A stretch of 64,000 bases of DNA from Vulcanimicrobiota bacterium (lineage in GTDB: Bacteria > Vulcanimicrobiota > Vulcanimicrobiia > Vulcanimicrobiales > Vulcanimicrobiaceae): contig CAWCIZ010000006.1 in the NCBI GenBank assembly GCA_963795855.1, positions 32,001 through 96,000 on the forward strand. Direction: 5' to 3'. The translations under genes and the position numbers were made by a program. The number at the start of each line of letters is the position of its first letter. Positions within the stretch are counted from its first letter, which is position 1. Shown in pieces: positions 1 through 9,288 of the stretch. Under the pieces are notes generated by a model. That model was not told the DNA's origin, did not search any database, and saw nothing but the letters and a program-made list of their open reading frames with translations.

Positions 1-8
1 TGACTTTC

Positions 9-815
9 TTATCCGTAGCGGCCCGTGATGTAATCTTCGGTGCGCTTATCCCGCGGTTTGAAGAAGATGTCGCGCGTGTTGCCGATTTCGACCAGTTCTC
101 CCATCAGGAAAAACGCGGTGTAGTCCGAGATCCGCGCAGCCTGTTGCATCGAGTGTGTGACGATGACGACCGTGTATTCCTTCTTCAACTCGCCGATGAG
201 GTCTTCAATCTTGCTGGTAGCGATTGGATCCAGGGCCGAGGCAGGCTCGTCCATCAGAATCACTTCCGGTTCAACTGCCAGCACGCGAGCGATGCACAGA
301 CGCTGCTGCTGTCCCCCGGAAAGGTCGAGCGCGGACTTGTCGAGGCGGTCCTTCACTTCATCCCACAGCGCAGCGTGGTGCAAGCTGCGCTCGGCGATCT
401 CCATCAGCCGCTTGCGATTGCGAATACCGTGAATGCGCGGCCCATACACCACGTTTTCGAAGATCGACTTCGGAAACGGGTTCGGACGCTGAAACACCAT
501 GCCGATGCGATGCCGGATCGTTACCGGGTCCACGTCCTTTGCGTAGATGTCCTCGCCGTCCAGCGTAACGGTGCCTTCCACCCGAACGTCGGGAGCCAGG
601 TCGTGCATACGGTTGAGCGCGCGCACGAACGTTGACTTGCCGCAGCCGGACGGTCCGATCAGCGCCATCACGCAATTCTCGGGAACCCGTAGTGAGGCGT
701 TTTTGATGGCTTGAAAGGCGCCGTAGTACACGCTCAAGTCATCGATACAGAGTTTGATTTCCGCATCGGGATGTACGTGCGCGGTGAGGAACGGGGCCTG
801 CATACTTGCCGTCAT
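9..815 (-). CDS. pstB: Phosphate ABC transporter ATP-binding protein
   Basis: Walker [17 protein letters not shown] signature, [11 protein letters not shown]-terminal [10 protein letters not shown]; start placed at ATG 815 overlapping the pstA stop (ATGA). Confidence 0.96.
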   Translation of the reverse strand: MTASMQAPFLTAHVHPDAEIKLCIDDLSVYYGAFQAIKNASLRVPENCVMALIGPSGCGKSTFVRALNRMHDLAPDVRVEGTVTLDGEDIYAKDVDPVTIRHRIGMVFQRPNPFPKSIFENVVYGPRIHGIRNRKRLMEIAERSLHHAALWDEVKDRLDKSALDLSGGQQQRLCIARVLAVEPEVILMDEPASALDPIATSKIEDLIGELKKEYTVVIVTHSMQQAARISDYTAFFLMGELVEIGNTRDIFFKPRDKRTEDYITGRYG

Positions 816-1720
816 TTTCCTGTGAGCCGTTTGCTGAGCGCGCGTCCGAGTAAACGTGCCGAGATGTTGAACAGGAGCACCATTACGAGCAGAACCAGCG
901 CGGAACCGTTTCCGATTTTCGTCACGTCCGGCACGACCGCCTCGGAGTGCGTATACCACAGGTGCACCGAGAGGGTCTCCGCTTGGTGAAATAGTCCCGG
1001 GTCGTATGCGGATCGCCCGACCGAGACGCTCGTGCCGGCAGTGAAGATCAGAGCCGCCGTCTCACCGAAAATGCGCCCGGCGATGAGCACGACGCCCGTG
1101 GTAAGCGGTGCGATCGCGCTAGGAAGCACGACTCGGCGAATCGTTTGCCATTTCGTCGCGCCCAGCGCCATCGACCCTTCGCGGTACGCCTTGGGAACGG
1201 TTTGCAATGCTTCTTGCGTGACGCGCATGAGCGCGGGCAGGTTCAGAATCGTCAACGTCAACGCGCCGCCGATGGCCGAGAAACTCCAATGGAACAGATC
1301 GACGAACACGAGCATGCCGAACAAGCCCATGACGATCGACGGAATCGTGGAAAGCGATTCGGCGCAGAACTGAACGAGCGACGTAAAGAGTCCGGGGCGC
1401 GCGTACTCCTGAAGATAAATGCCGCCGGCAGTCGCAATCGGCGTCGTAAATACCAGCGTCAAGACGAGAATGTAAAACGAATTGTAGATCTCGGGACCGA
1501 TACCGCCGCCCGCGGCAACTTCGCTCGGCGGCGAGGTGAGAAAGTGCCACGAGATGACCGGCGCTCCGAGATACAGGATGTACCCGACGAAAAAAATCAG
1601 CAGCACGATAATCGAAAGCGCCGCACCCCACAGCACGGCGGTCATCAGCGAATTCATCGTGCGGCGCTGCGCGGTCGTGTCGCGGCGCGGCATCCTGCCC
1701 GCCGCTGCGCTCACCGCCAT
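812..1720 (-). CDS. pstA: Phosphate ABC transporter permease PstA
   Basis: Multi-[34 protein letters not shown] motifs; operon position. Confidence 0.95.
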   Translation of the reverse strand: MAVSAAAGRMPRRDTTAQRRTMNSLMTAVLWGAALSIIVLLIFFVGYILYLGAPVISWHFLTSPPSEVAAGGGIGPEIYNSFYILVLTLVFTTPIATAGGIYLQEYARPGLFTSLVQFCAESLSTIPSIVMGLFGMLVFVDLFHWSFSAIGGALTLTILNLPALMRVTQEALQTVPKAYREGSMALGATKWQTIRRVVLPSAIAPLTTGVVLIAGRIFGETAALIFTAGTSVSVGRSAYDPGLFHQAETLSVHLWYTHSEAVVPDVTKIGNGSALVLLVMVLLFNISARLLGRALSKRLTGK

Positions 1721-1721
1721 G

Positions 1722-2606
1722 TCATGCGCTCCGGCGAAGCGCGAAGCGCACGGCCAAAATCAGCGCCATCGCAATGAGCAGCAGCAGCAGCGCCATCGTG
1801 AACAAGGAGTGGTACAGCACCGTGCCTTCTTGCGCGCTGCCCATGTCGGTGACGATTTCGGTGGTGAGCGCCGCGGTCGGCGAGAGCAGACCTTTCGGCA
1901 GAATGGCGCTATTCCCGATGACCATCTGGACTGCGAGCGCTTCACCGATCGCGCGCGCGATACCTAAGATGACCGCAACGGTTAGGCCGCTTCGCGCCGC
2001 GGGCAACATGACGCTCCAAATCGTCTGCCATTGCGTCGCCCCGAGCGCCATGGAGCCTTCCTCGAGGGCCACCGGAACGGCGCGCAGCGCATCTTCGGCA
2101 AGCGAGATCACCGTCGGCAGAATCATGATCGAGAGCACGATGCCTGCGGTGAGCAAACCGAAACCGGTAAGACTGCCCAAATGTTCGCGTATGAACGGCG
2201 CCAGCAGCGTCAGGCCGAGCCACCCGTAAACCACGGAAGGAATGCCGACCAGAATTTCGATCGTCGGCTTCATAAACGTCGCCAAGCGTTTCGGCGCGAG
2301 CTGGGAGAGAAAAATGCCTACCGCGACGCCGAACGGACCGCCCACGCAGATCGCAAACATCGTTATGAAGATCGAACCCAGAATGAAAACGAGCGCGCCC
2401 GGATGTCTCGCATCGGGATTGAAGTTCGGCGAAAACAGAAAGACGAACGGCGAGACGTGATCGGAAATGAAAAGTTTGAGGCCCATGAAGGCCAAATAAC
2501 CGATCAGCGCACCCATGGCGACGATTACGAAAACGCTCGCGAGAAAGAGCGCCGATGAAGCGATGCGTTCTTGCGCGTGCGCGCGTCCGGGCCGCGTGGC
2601 TATCAA
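1722..2606 (-). CDS. pstC: Phosphate ABC transporter permease PstC
   Basis: [41 protein letters not shown] start preceded by GGGGAGG. Confidence 0.95.
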   Translation of the reverse strand: MIATRPGRAHAQERIASSALFLASVFVIVAMGALIGYLAFMGLKLFISDHVSPFVFLFSPNFNPDARHPGALVFILGSIFITMFAICVGGPFGVAVGIFLSQLAPKRLATFMKPTIEILVGIPSVVYGWLGLTLLAPFIREHLGSLTGFGLLTAGIVLSIMILPTVISLAEDALRAVPVALEEGSMALGATQWQTIWSVMLPAARSGLTVAVILGIARAIGEALAVQMVIGNSAILPKGLLSPTAALTTEIVTDMGSAQEGTVLYHSLFTMALLLLLIAMALILAVRFALRRSA

Positions 2607-2632
2607 AGCCTCCCCATCGTACGGACCCGGGA

Positions 2633-2670
2633 GTAACGGCTCCTTAACTCGACATTAAGGAAGATTAAGC
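2633..2670 (-). promoter_or_regulatory. Pho-box-like direct repeats upstream of pstC
   Basis: TTAA cores at 2644, 2655 and 2665 plus GTAA at 2633 (10-11 bp period); minus strand reads CTTAATCT-TC-CTTAATGT-CGA-GTTAAGGA. Confidence 0.55.
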
Positions 2671-2790
2671 CGCTCTATCAGCCGACGATGAGCACTTGGG
2701 GAGCGAGCTCCTTGATGCGCGTTTCAACATAAGGCGTGCGGCTGCCCCACACGTCCTCGATGCTGTCGCGCGACTCTCGCATCCCAGCGG

Positions 2791-3345
2791 TCAGCGCGTG
2801 GACTTACGCCCGCTTTTCTTTCGGGTTGACGTTTTTTTCGCGGTCTTCTTTTGTCCGCGCGCCGGCGTACGCTTCTTCGAACCGCTCGCGGGGCGCCGCG
2901 ACCGCATCAATTGGGCTTTCTTTGCCTCGGCGCGTTTGCCAATCTCTTCGAGTTCTTCCTCATCGAGAAGTTCTCGCGCCAGCGTAAAAATCGTCGATTC
3001 TTCTTCGCGAACGTGGTGCTTGACGTTCTCGCCCAAGACTTGCAGTTCGGCTTTGAACAGGGCCGCGTTTTTCTGCCGCCCGTTCAGAAGTGAAATCAAA
3101 TGCTTGACGACGTCGTGCTCGGTGAATGCTTCGAACACGTCAACGAGTTCTTCGTCCTCTTCGGCGCGATCGCGCAGTAACGGATAGAACATCGATTCCT
3201 CGAGCGTGGCGTGAACGGTAAGCGCCTGCGACATCTGCTGCGCCAGTTCGCTCAGCTTGCGATCGTCGGGTTCCAAGCGTTGCACCTCATCGATCATGCG
3301 GGCCACCATCTGATGATCTTGCTTGAGCAAATCGAGTACGTTCAT
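2791..3345 (-). CDS. Hemerythrin-like (HHE) domain protein with basic C-terminal tail
   Basis: DH...HATLEE...EH...HHVREEE metal-ligand pattern; GGAGGA RBS before ATG 3345; Lys/Arg-rich tail. Confidence 0.88.
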   Translation of the reverse strand: MNVLDLLKQDHQMVARMIDEVQRLEPDDRKLSELAQQMSQALTVHATLEESMFYPLLRDRAEEDEELVDVFEAFTEHDVVKHLISLLNGRQKNAALFKAELQVLGENVKHHVREEESTIFTLARELLDEEELEEIGKRAEAKKAQLMRSRRPASGSKKRTPARGQKKTAKKTSTRKKSGRKSTR

Positions 3346-3428
3346 CGCATATCCTCCTGCTGCGTCGTTCCACTCTTCCCCCGCGCAGTCGCGCGCTAAC
3401 CTCACGACAACGTACCGATTAACAGCAA

Positions 3429-3458
3429 GCAGGCATCCTCGTCTGAAAGCATGCCTGC
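3429..3458 (-). terminator. Possible terminator hairpin after the PhoR-like kinase
   Basis: GCAGGCAT/ATGCCTGC inverted repeat followed on the minus strand by TTGCTGTT (weak U-tract). Confidence 0.35.
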
Positions 3459-3484
3459 ATTAGCCTGCGATTATCGCCGCGCTA

Positions 3485-4663
3485 TTAACGTTCTAGGACG
3501 AGCATCGGAATGCGGACGGTGAACTTCGTTCCGGCGCCCAGCGTCGACTCGGCCCGTACCGTGCCGCGATGCGCTTCCACGATGTGCTTGACGATGGATA
3601 GCCCGAGGCCGGCCCCGCTCACGCCCCGCGCTCGCGAACGGTCAACCACGTAGAACCGCTCGAAGACGTAGGGCAAGTCCTTGTACGGAATGCCCATGCC
3701 CGTATCCGCGACGCAAATGACGGCATGCCCCGCCTCGACGTCGAGCGTGACGGTAACCGAGCCGCCTTCGGGCGTGAACCGAAGCGCGTTGTCGATCAGG
3801 TTCACGAACACTTGCGAGAGCCGCTGCTCGTCCGCTTCGACGATCGCCGGCCGCTGCGTCCGCAATTCCAGATTGACGTTTCTGGACGAGGCTTGAGGAA
3901 CGAACGACTGCACGATCGGGCGCGCCACTTCTTCCAAGTCGATTTCCGCGATTTGCAAGACGAGTTCGCCGGACTCCACGCGCGCTTGTTCGAGCAGGCG
4001 CTGCACGAGCGCGGCAAGACGATCGACCTGACCCTGCGCTTGCGGAAGAAACGTTTTTCGCGCCTCTTCATCTCCGGATTCCACTACCGTATCGAGCATC
4101 AGTTTGATGGACGCGAGAGGCGTGCGAAGCTCGTGGGAAACGTTCGTAAGAAACTCTTGGCGCGCGCGCTCGAGCGCGAGCAGCTCGGTTTGGTCCTCCG
4201 CAATCACCAGCAAACCAGTGATCTCCGTGAGCTCTTCCTGCGCTTCGTCGCCAAGCGGATAAACCGACACTGCGTAGCTGCGCGTGACGTTTTTTCCGGT
4301 CACGTGCAGCGGCGAGCCCAGCAGTTCGCCTCGCAACGCCGCCTGCGCGCGCCGCTCGAGTTCGATCGACGGAATCGCAGCGATGAGATGCGTCCCGCGC
4401 GCCCGCGTTCGTTCGAAACCGAAGATGGCCGCCGCCGCGCGGTTCGCAAACCGCACGCGCAGCCGACGGTCCAGCATGACGACGCCAAGCGGTAACGCGC
4501 GCACTAATGCATCGAAGCGATCGTCCGCGGGCACGTGCGATTCTGGTGGCGGCTGTTCCATGCCGCCGGCATTTGGATTCGGGGCATACCGGCGAAACGT
4601 AAGCGCGACGATGAGGCCGATAGCGAACGCGCCTGCGGCCACGAACCACGCTTCAGCCGTCAT
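3485..4663 (-). CDS. phoR: PhoR-like sensor histidine kinase (TM-PAS-HisKA-HATPase)
   Basis: [11 protein letters not shown]-box, NLIDNA N-box, DTGMGI, FERFY and GAGLGL; adjacent to pst genes. Confidence 0.85.
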   Translation of the reverse strand: MTAEAWFVAAGAFAIGLIVALTFRRYAPNPNAGGMEQPPPESHVPADDRFDALVRALPLGVVMLDRRLRVRFANRAAAAIFGFERTRARGTHLIAAIPSIELERRAQAALRGELLGSPLHVTGKNVTRSYAVSVYPLGDEAQEELTEITGLLVIAEDQTELLALERARQEFLTNVSHELRTPLASIKLMLDTVVESGDEEARKTFLPQAQGQVDRLAALVQRLLEQARVESGELVLQIAEIDLEEVARPIVQSFVPQASSRNVNLELRTQRPAIVEADEQRLSQVFVNLIDNALRFTPEGGSVTVTLDVEAGHAVICVADTGMGIPYKDLPYVFERFYVVDRSRARGVSGAGLGLSIVKHIVEAHRGTVRAESTLGAGTKFTVRIPMLVLER

Positions 4664-4681
4664 GCGGTAATGGCCGAAGGA

Positions 4682-5419
4682 CTATTCCTTGAACATGTAG
4701 CCGCGGCTGCGTACCGTAATGATGTGCCGGGGATTGCGCGAATCTTCTTCGATTTTCTCGCGGACCCAGCGAATGTGCACGCTCACGGTCTGCTGCTCGC
4801 CTTCGAAATCGTAGCCCCAGACTTTGTCGAGCAGCGTCTGGCGCGTAACGACGCGGCCGGCGTTCTCCATCAGCACGCGCAGAAGCGCAAACTCTTTGGG
4901 CGCGAGCGCCACGTCTTTGCCGCGCACGGTCAGGTGCTGTCGCGACGGATCGAGCACGATTTCGCTCAGGGCGATCGCTCGGTCATGGTTTTCCGCGGCC
5001 AGCGGCGCCGGACGGCGCAAGCGAGCTTTGACGCGCGCGAGAAATTCATGCAGCGCAAACGGCTTGGTCACGTAGTCATCGGCGCCCAGTTCGAGCGCGA
5101 TGACTTTGTCGATCTCCTGATCCTTCGCGGTCAGCATGATGATCGGGACGGAGCTGGTCTTGCGTATCTCTTTGCAGACTTCGATGCCGTCCAGAACCGG
5201 CAGCATGACGTCGAGAACGACTAGGTCCGGCTGCTCGCGCTGCGCAATCGCAACGGCGCTCCGCCCGTCGCCGGCCGTGATGACCGCGTAACCGCTGCGC
5301 TCGAGGTTGTAGCGCAGCGTCTGCAGCATCGCAGCCTCGTCTTCGACGACGAGGATTTTCTTGTTGAAATCCGGGTGTTTGTTGAACGACCCGCGGTTAC
5401 TCTCCAGCTGCGAACTCAT
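4682..5419 (-). CDS. OmpR/PhoB-family response regulator (PhoB/PhoP-like)
   Basis: REC domain (VVEDE, LDVMLP, KPF) and winged-helix output (TVSVHIRWVREK, TVRSRGY); start uncertain. Confidence 0.92.
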   Translation of the reverse strand: MSSQLESNRGSFNKHPDFNKKILVVEDEAAMLQTLRYNLERSGYAVITAGDGRSAVAIAQREQPDLVVLDVMLPVLDGIEVCKEIRKTSSVPIIMLTAKDQEIDKVIALELGADDYVTKPFALHEFLARVKARLRRPAPLAAENHDRAIALSEIVLDPSRQHLTVRGKDVALAPKEFALLRVLMENAGRVVTRQTLLDKVWGYDFEGEQQTVSVHIRWVREKIEEDSRNPRHIITVRSRGYMFKE

Positions 5420-6281
5420 AGAATTTGGCGACTGCGCTGTAGTCGAGTCCCCCGTCTCCTTCGGCGGATTGAAGTGTGTAGAGTTGGTACGCGAACGCGG
5501 ACGCCGGTAAAGGCATCTTCATCTCCCGAGCCGCATCCAAAGCCGCTCCCAAGTCCTTGCGGAGCAAATCGAGAGCAAAACCTCCCTCAAACGTACCTGC
5601 AAACCACGTTTTGGGCAACCACTGCTCGAGTAAATAATTCGAAGCCGTCGCGCTGGACAGCACCTTTCGGACCGCTTCGAGGTCGGCGCCGGCCTTGCGC
5701 GCGAACGTCAACGCCTCCGCGTTCGCGATCATGACGTTCGAAATAATCAGCTGGTTGACGAGTTTGACCGTCTCGCCCAGGCTCACGCCTCCGACGTGAT
5801 GCGGGGTCCCCATCGCCTTGAGAACCGGCTCGACGCGCGCGAAATCATCTTGCGCCGCTCCGACCATGATCGTCAGCGTGCCGGATTCGGCACGTGCCGG
5901 CCCGCCGCTGACCGGCGCGTCGACGAAGCCGTAGCCGCTTGCTTGCAGCCGCTCCGCGATCGACCGTGTTGCGACCGGCGAAATCGTCGACATGTCGACG
6001 AACGTCGCTGCGGGCTTTGCGCCTTGAACCGCACCGCGCGGCGAAAAAAGGGCGTCCTCTACTTGCGGCGCGTCAGGCACGCACGTAATGACGATATCGG
6101 CGGCGGCGGCAACGGCCGCCGGATCCGCCGCCTCGGCCACGCCATGACCGCAAACCCGCTCGAGACGCTCCCGATTGCGATGCGCGCACGCGGTAACCGA
6201 AAACCCTGCGCGAACGAGCGCGAGCGACATCGGTTCGCCCATGGCGCCGATTCCGATAAAGCCGATAGCGGGCAAGTCCAC
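5397..6281 (-). CDS. NAD(P)-dependent oxidoreductase, 3-hydroxyisobutyrate/2-hydroxy-3-oxopropionate reductase family
   Basis: GFIGIGAMG, FVDAPVSGG, catalytic K in VKLVNQ, KDL motif. Confidence 0.92.
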   Translation of the reverse strand: MDLPAIGFIGIGAMGEPMSLALVRAGFSVTACAHRNRERLERVCGHGVAEAADPAAVAAAADIVITCVPDAPQVEDALFSPRGAVQGAKPAATFVDMSTISPVATRSIAERLQASGYGFVDAPVSGGPARAESGTLTIMVGAAQDDFARVEPVLKAMGTPHHVGGVSLGETVKLVNQLIISNVMIANAEALTFARKAGADLEAVRKVLSSATASNYLLEQWLPKTWFAGTFEGGFALDLLRKDLGAALDAAREMKMPLPASAFAYQLYTLQSAEGDGGLDYSAVAKFYEFAAGE

Positions 6282-6354
6282 GCCGGGGCATTATCTCAAG
6301 GGGGGCCGCGCGCCTCCAAAGAAGCCGCACGAACGACCAAAGAGGGAGAACGCG

Positions 6355-7263
6355 ATGTTAGCAGCGGTTCGTCGGCCGACGTTCGACGAGATGAATCTTT
6401 CGACCGGAAAGCGCGTGCGTCTGCACCGCATGATGTTCGAGCACGGCCCGGCCAACGGTACGCTCATGCTGCTGCCGATCGACCAGGGCCTGGAGCACGG
6501 TCCGATCGACTTTTTCGCCAACCCCGAATCGCTCGACACCGATTGGATCTATCGCTTAGCGGTAGAAGGAAATTTTTCGGGCATTGCACTGCACATCGGT
6601 TTGGCCGAGAAGTATCACAAGGCATACGCCGGCAAAGTCCCGCTCGTCCTGAAGATCAACGGCAAGACGAGCATACCGAACGACGACGATGCCTTCAGTT
6701 CGCTCACCTCGTCCGTCGAGGACGCCGTGCGGGTCGGCGCCGATGCGGTCGGCTATACGCTTTACGTCGGAAGTCCCGCGCAAGACGTCGACATCGCGCA
6801 ATGCAACGAGGTGCGGCGCGAATGTGAAAGATACGGAATGCCGCTCATCGTGTGGGCTTACCCGCGAGGTGCCGCCATCAAGGCCAAGGGCGGAATCGAC
6901 TCGCTCTACGCGATCGATTACGCGGCGCGCGCAGCGTGCGAAGTCGGCGCGGACATCATCAAACTCAACGTTCCGAAGTGGGACGCAGCGACGGCCGACA
7001 AATTGCCGAAACCGTACAACACGCTCGAACTCCCGGAGCTCGACGGGCTGCGTAAAGTAGTGAAGTCCGCCGGGCGTTCGCTGGTGCTCGTTTCCGGCGG
7101 CAGCAAATTAAGCGATGACGACACCGTGCACAAAGCGCAAATCGCAATGGAAGCCGGCTGCGTCGGACTGATATTCGGACGCAATATGTGGCAGCGCGAC
7201 TGGGACGACGCCCTGCAAATTGCGGGCCGCATGCACGAGCTCATGAAGGGTTATGGACAGTAG
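6355..7263 (+). CDS. Class I (DhnA/FbaB-type) fructose-bisphosphate aldolase
   Basis: LPIDQGLEHGP, GYTLYVGS, WAYPRG, ADIIK Schiff-base Lys, IFGRN; GGGAG RBS before ATG 6355. Confidence 0.92.
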   Translation: MLAAVRRPTFDEMNLSTGKRVRLHRMMFEHGPANGTLMLLPIDQGLEHGPIDFFANPESLDTDWIYRLAVEGNFSGIALHIGLAEKYHKAYAGKVPLVLKINGKTSIPNDDDAFSSLTSSVEDAVRVGADAVGYTLYVGSPAQDVDIAQCNEVRRECERYGMPLIVWAYPRGAAIKAKGGIDSLYAIDYAARAACEVGADIIKLNVPKWDAATADKLPKPYNTLELPELDGLRKVVKSAGRSLVLVSGGSKLSDDDTVHKAQIAMEAGCVGLIFGRNMWQRDWDDALQIAGRMHELMKGYGQ

Positions 7264-7486
7264 CACGCTCGAGACAAGAGTAAACGCGGCGCTCGACAAG
7301 GTTCGTCCCGGCATTCAAATGGACGGCGGCGAAGTGTGGCTCATCAAAGTCGAGAACGGTACGGCTTTCGTGCAAATGCTCGGCGCCTGCGGCGGATGCC
7401 CCGCTTCGAACATGACGTTGAAAGGCGCGATCGAACAAGTCGTGCGCGCCGACGTTCCCGAGATTAACGAGGTCGTGCAGATCTAG
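7253..7486 (+). CDS. NifU/NfuA C-terminal domain Fe-S cluster carrier
   Basis: RPGIQMDGGEV and GACGGCP (CxxC) motif. Confidence 0.92.
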   Translation: MDSSTLETRVNAALDKVRPGIQMDGGEVWLIKVENGTAFVQMLGACGGCPASNMTLKGAIEQVVRADVPEINEVVQI

Positions 7487-7498
7487 GAATCGAGCTCC

Positions 7499-8362
7499 TT
7501 ACACTTCCGCGATAAGCTCCGACGCCCGCGCTTCGGAAATCGGGGTGAGTGGCGGGACGCACCGTTCCCATTCCGCCGCGCCGGTGCGCCGCGCGAGCAC
7601 GTATCGGACCGCTGGTATGATCGCATGCGCAGAAACCGCCTGCCGGTGTTTCGTCAGTTGCGGCTGCGACGCACTATCGCCGGCCCAAACGCGCGCGCCG
7701 AGCTCGGGCCACAGCGCGACCGTACCGGAGATGCATCCCGCGAAACCCTCTTGGCGAGCATCGCTCAGGAACGCCTCGGAACTCGGATAGACGAGCAAAT
7801 CCGCATGACGCCGGTGGATCTCGCGCTGCAGCGCAAGATCGTTCGAACTGTCCTTGATTCCGGCGATGATTCCCGGAAAGCTTTCCAACAGACGATCCAC
7901 CAAATCGGGGCGGAACGCGATACCGGACATCGCCGGATAGTTGTACAGCAGCACGCTTCGTTGCGGCGGATCGACGGCTGCAAAAAGCCGTTCGAAAAAT
8001 TGCACGACTCCGTCATCGTCGATGCCGCGGAAGAAAAACGGCGGCATGACGAGCGCGGCGCCAAAGCCGAGCTGCATCGCTGCTGCGGTAAGCCGGATCG
8101 AATCCCCCAACGCGCTCGCGCCGGTGCCGACCATCATGCGCTCGCGCGGCAATCCACCGGCGCACACCGCTTCCATGAACGCGAGCCGGTCCTCGACGCA
8201 AAGCGACATCGCTTCACCCGTACTGCCCAAGACGTTGAGCGAATCGCAGCCCGATTCGAGCAAAGATTTATAATACGCCGTCCCGGTAGCGGCATCCGGA
8301 CGAAGATCGGCATTCAACGGCGTGACGACCGCGGCGCAAACGCCGCGCAGGTGCGCGCTCAT
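7499..8362 (-). CDS. Dihydrodipicolinate synthase (DapA/NAL) family protein
   Basis: GSTGEA, LYNYP, GIKDSS motifs. Confidence 0.9.
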   Translation of the reverse strand: MSAHLRGVCAAVVTPLNADLRPDAATGTAYYKSLLESGCDSLNVLGSTGEAMSLCVEDRLAFMEAVCAGGLPRERMMVGTGASALGDSIRLTAAAMQLGFGAALVMPPFFFRGIDDDGVVQFFERLFAAVDPPQRSVLLYNYPAMSGIAFRPDLVDRLLESFPGIIAGIKDSSNDLALQREIHRRHADLLVYPSSEAFLSDARQEGFAGCISGTVALWPELGARVWAGDSASQPQLTKHRQAVSAHAIIPAVRYVLARRTGAAEWERCVPPLTPISEARASELIAEV

Positions 8363-9285
8363 CGCGTAAACGCGCCTTTCAGAAAGAACGCCAGATTCGC
8401 GGGACGCTCGGCGAGCCGCCGCATCAGATAGGGAAACCAGTACGTGCCGAACGGCGCGGCCAGGCGCACGCGATACCCGGCGCGCACCAGATCCTGCGCA
8501 AACGGCGTCGAGATGCCGTACAACATTTGAAATTCGAACCTTCCGCGTTTTGGAATATGACGGTTCTCGACCAGATCGATGACGCGTTCCACGATGCGGC
8601 GGTCGTGCGTCGCGATCGCCGTGTAGCCTTCACCTTCGAGCGCCGCTCGAACGAGGGCCACGTAGTTCGCGTCGACGTCGCGCTTCTGCGAAAAAGCAAT
8701 CGACGGCGGTTCGAGGTATGCACCCTTGACGATGCGTAGATTCGGCGCAAGCGGCTGCAGCGAACGCAAGTCGTCCATGCTGCGAAAAAGATACGACTGC
8801 AGAACCGCTCCCACGCACTGGAACTCCGAACGCAAGCGGCGATACGTTTCGAGCGTCGCGTCCACGTATCGCGACTGCTCCATGTCGAGCCGCATCGTGT
8901 TCCCCGTTTCGCTCGCCGTTTGTGCAATACGGCGCGCGTTCTGCAGGGCGAGTTCAGAGTCGATGTCCAGGCCGACGTGCGTGAGTTTGAACGCGACGTT
9001 TGCATCGATGCCTTCACGCGCGAACGTACGCAGCAGATCGCAGTACTGATCCGCCGCAGCTCGCGCTTGTTCGCGGTTCGCCACACCCTCGCCTAAAATG
9101 CCGCACGCGACCGCGAAGCCTCGCGCGTTGAGCGCCTTCGCTGCGTCCAGAAACGCCGCGGCGTCTTCGCCTGCGACGAAGCGCTTTGCGCCTAAACGAA
9201 AACCGTACCGGCTGACAACGCGCCGCACGAACGCATTGTCAGCCGCTGCGAGAATCGCCGCACGGAGCGGCCGGTCGAAAATCAC
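8359..9285 (-). CDS. Monofunctional proline dehydrogenase
   Basis: RFVAGE, KLT, RLDME, VKGAYLEP, ATHD, FQMLYG, YLMRRLAERPAN. Confidence 0.93.
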   Translation of the reverse strand: MIFDRPLRAAILAAADNAFVRRVVSRYGFRLGAKRFVAGEDAAAFLDAAKALNARGFAVACGILGEGVANREQARAAADQYCDLLRTFAREGIDANVAFKLTHVGLDIDSELALQNARRIAQTASETGNTMRLDMEQSRYVDATLETYRRLRSEFQCVGAVLQSYLFRSMDDLRSLQPLAPNLRIVKGAYLEPPSIAFSQKRDVDANYVALVRAALEGEGYTAIATHDRRIVERVIDLVENRHIPKRGRFEFQMLYGISTPFAQDLVRAGYRVRLAAPFGTYWFPYLMRRLAERPANLAFFLKGAFTR

Positions 9286-9288
9286 CCG

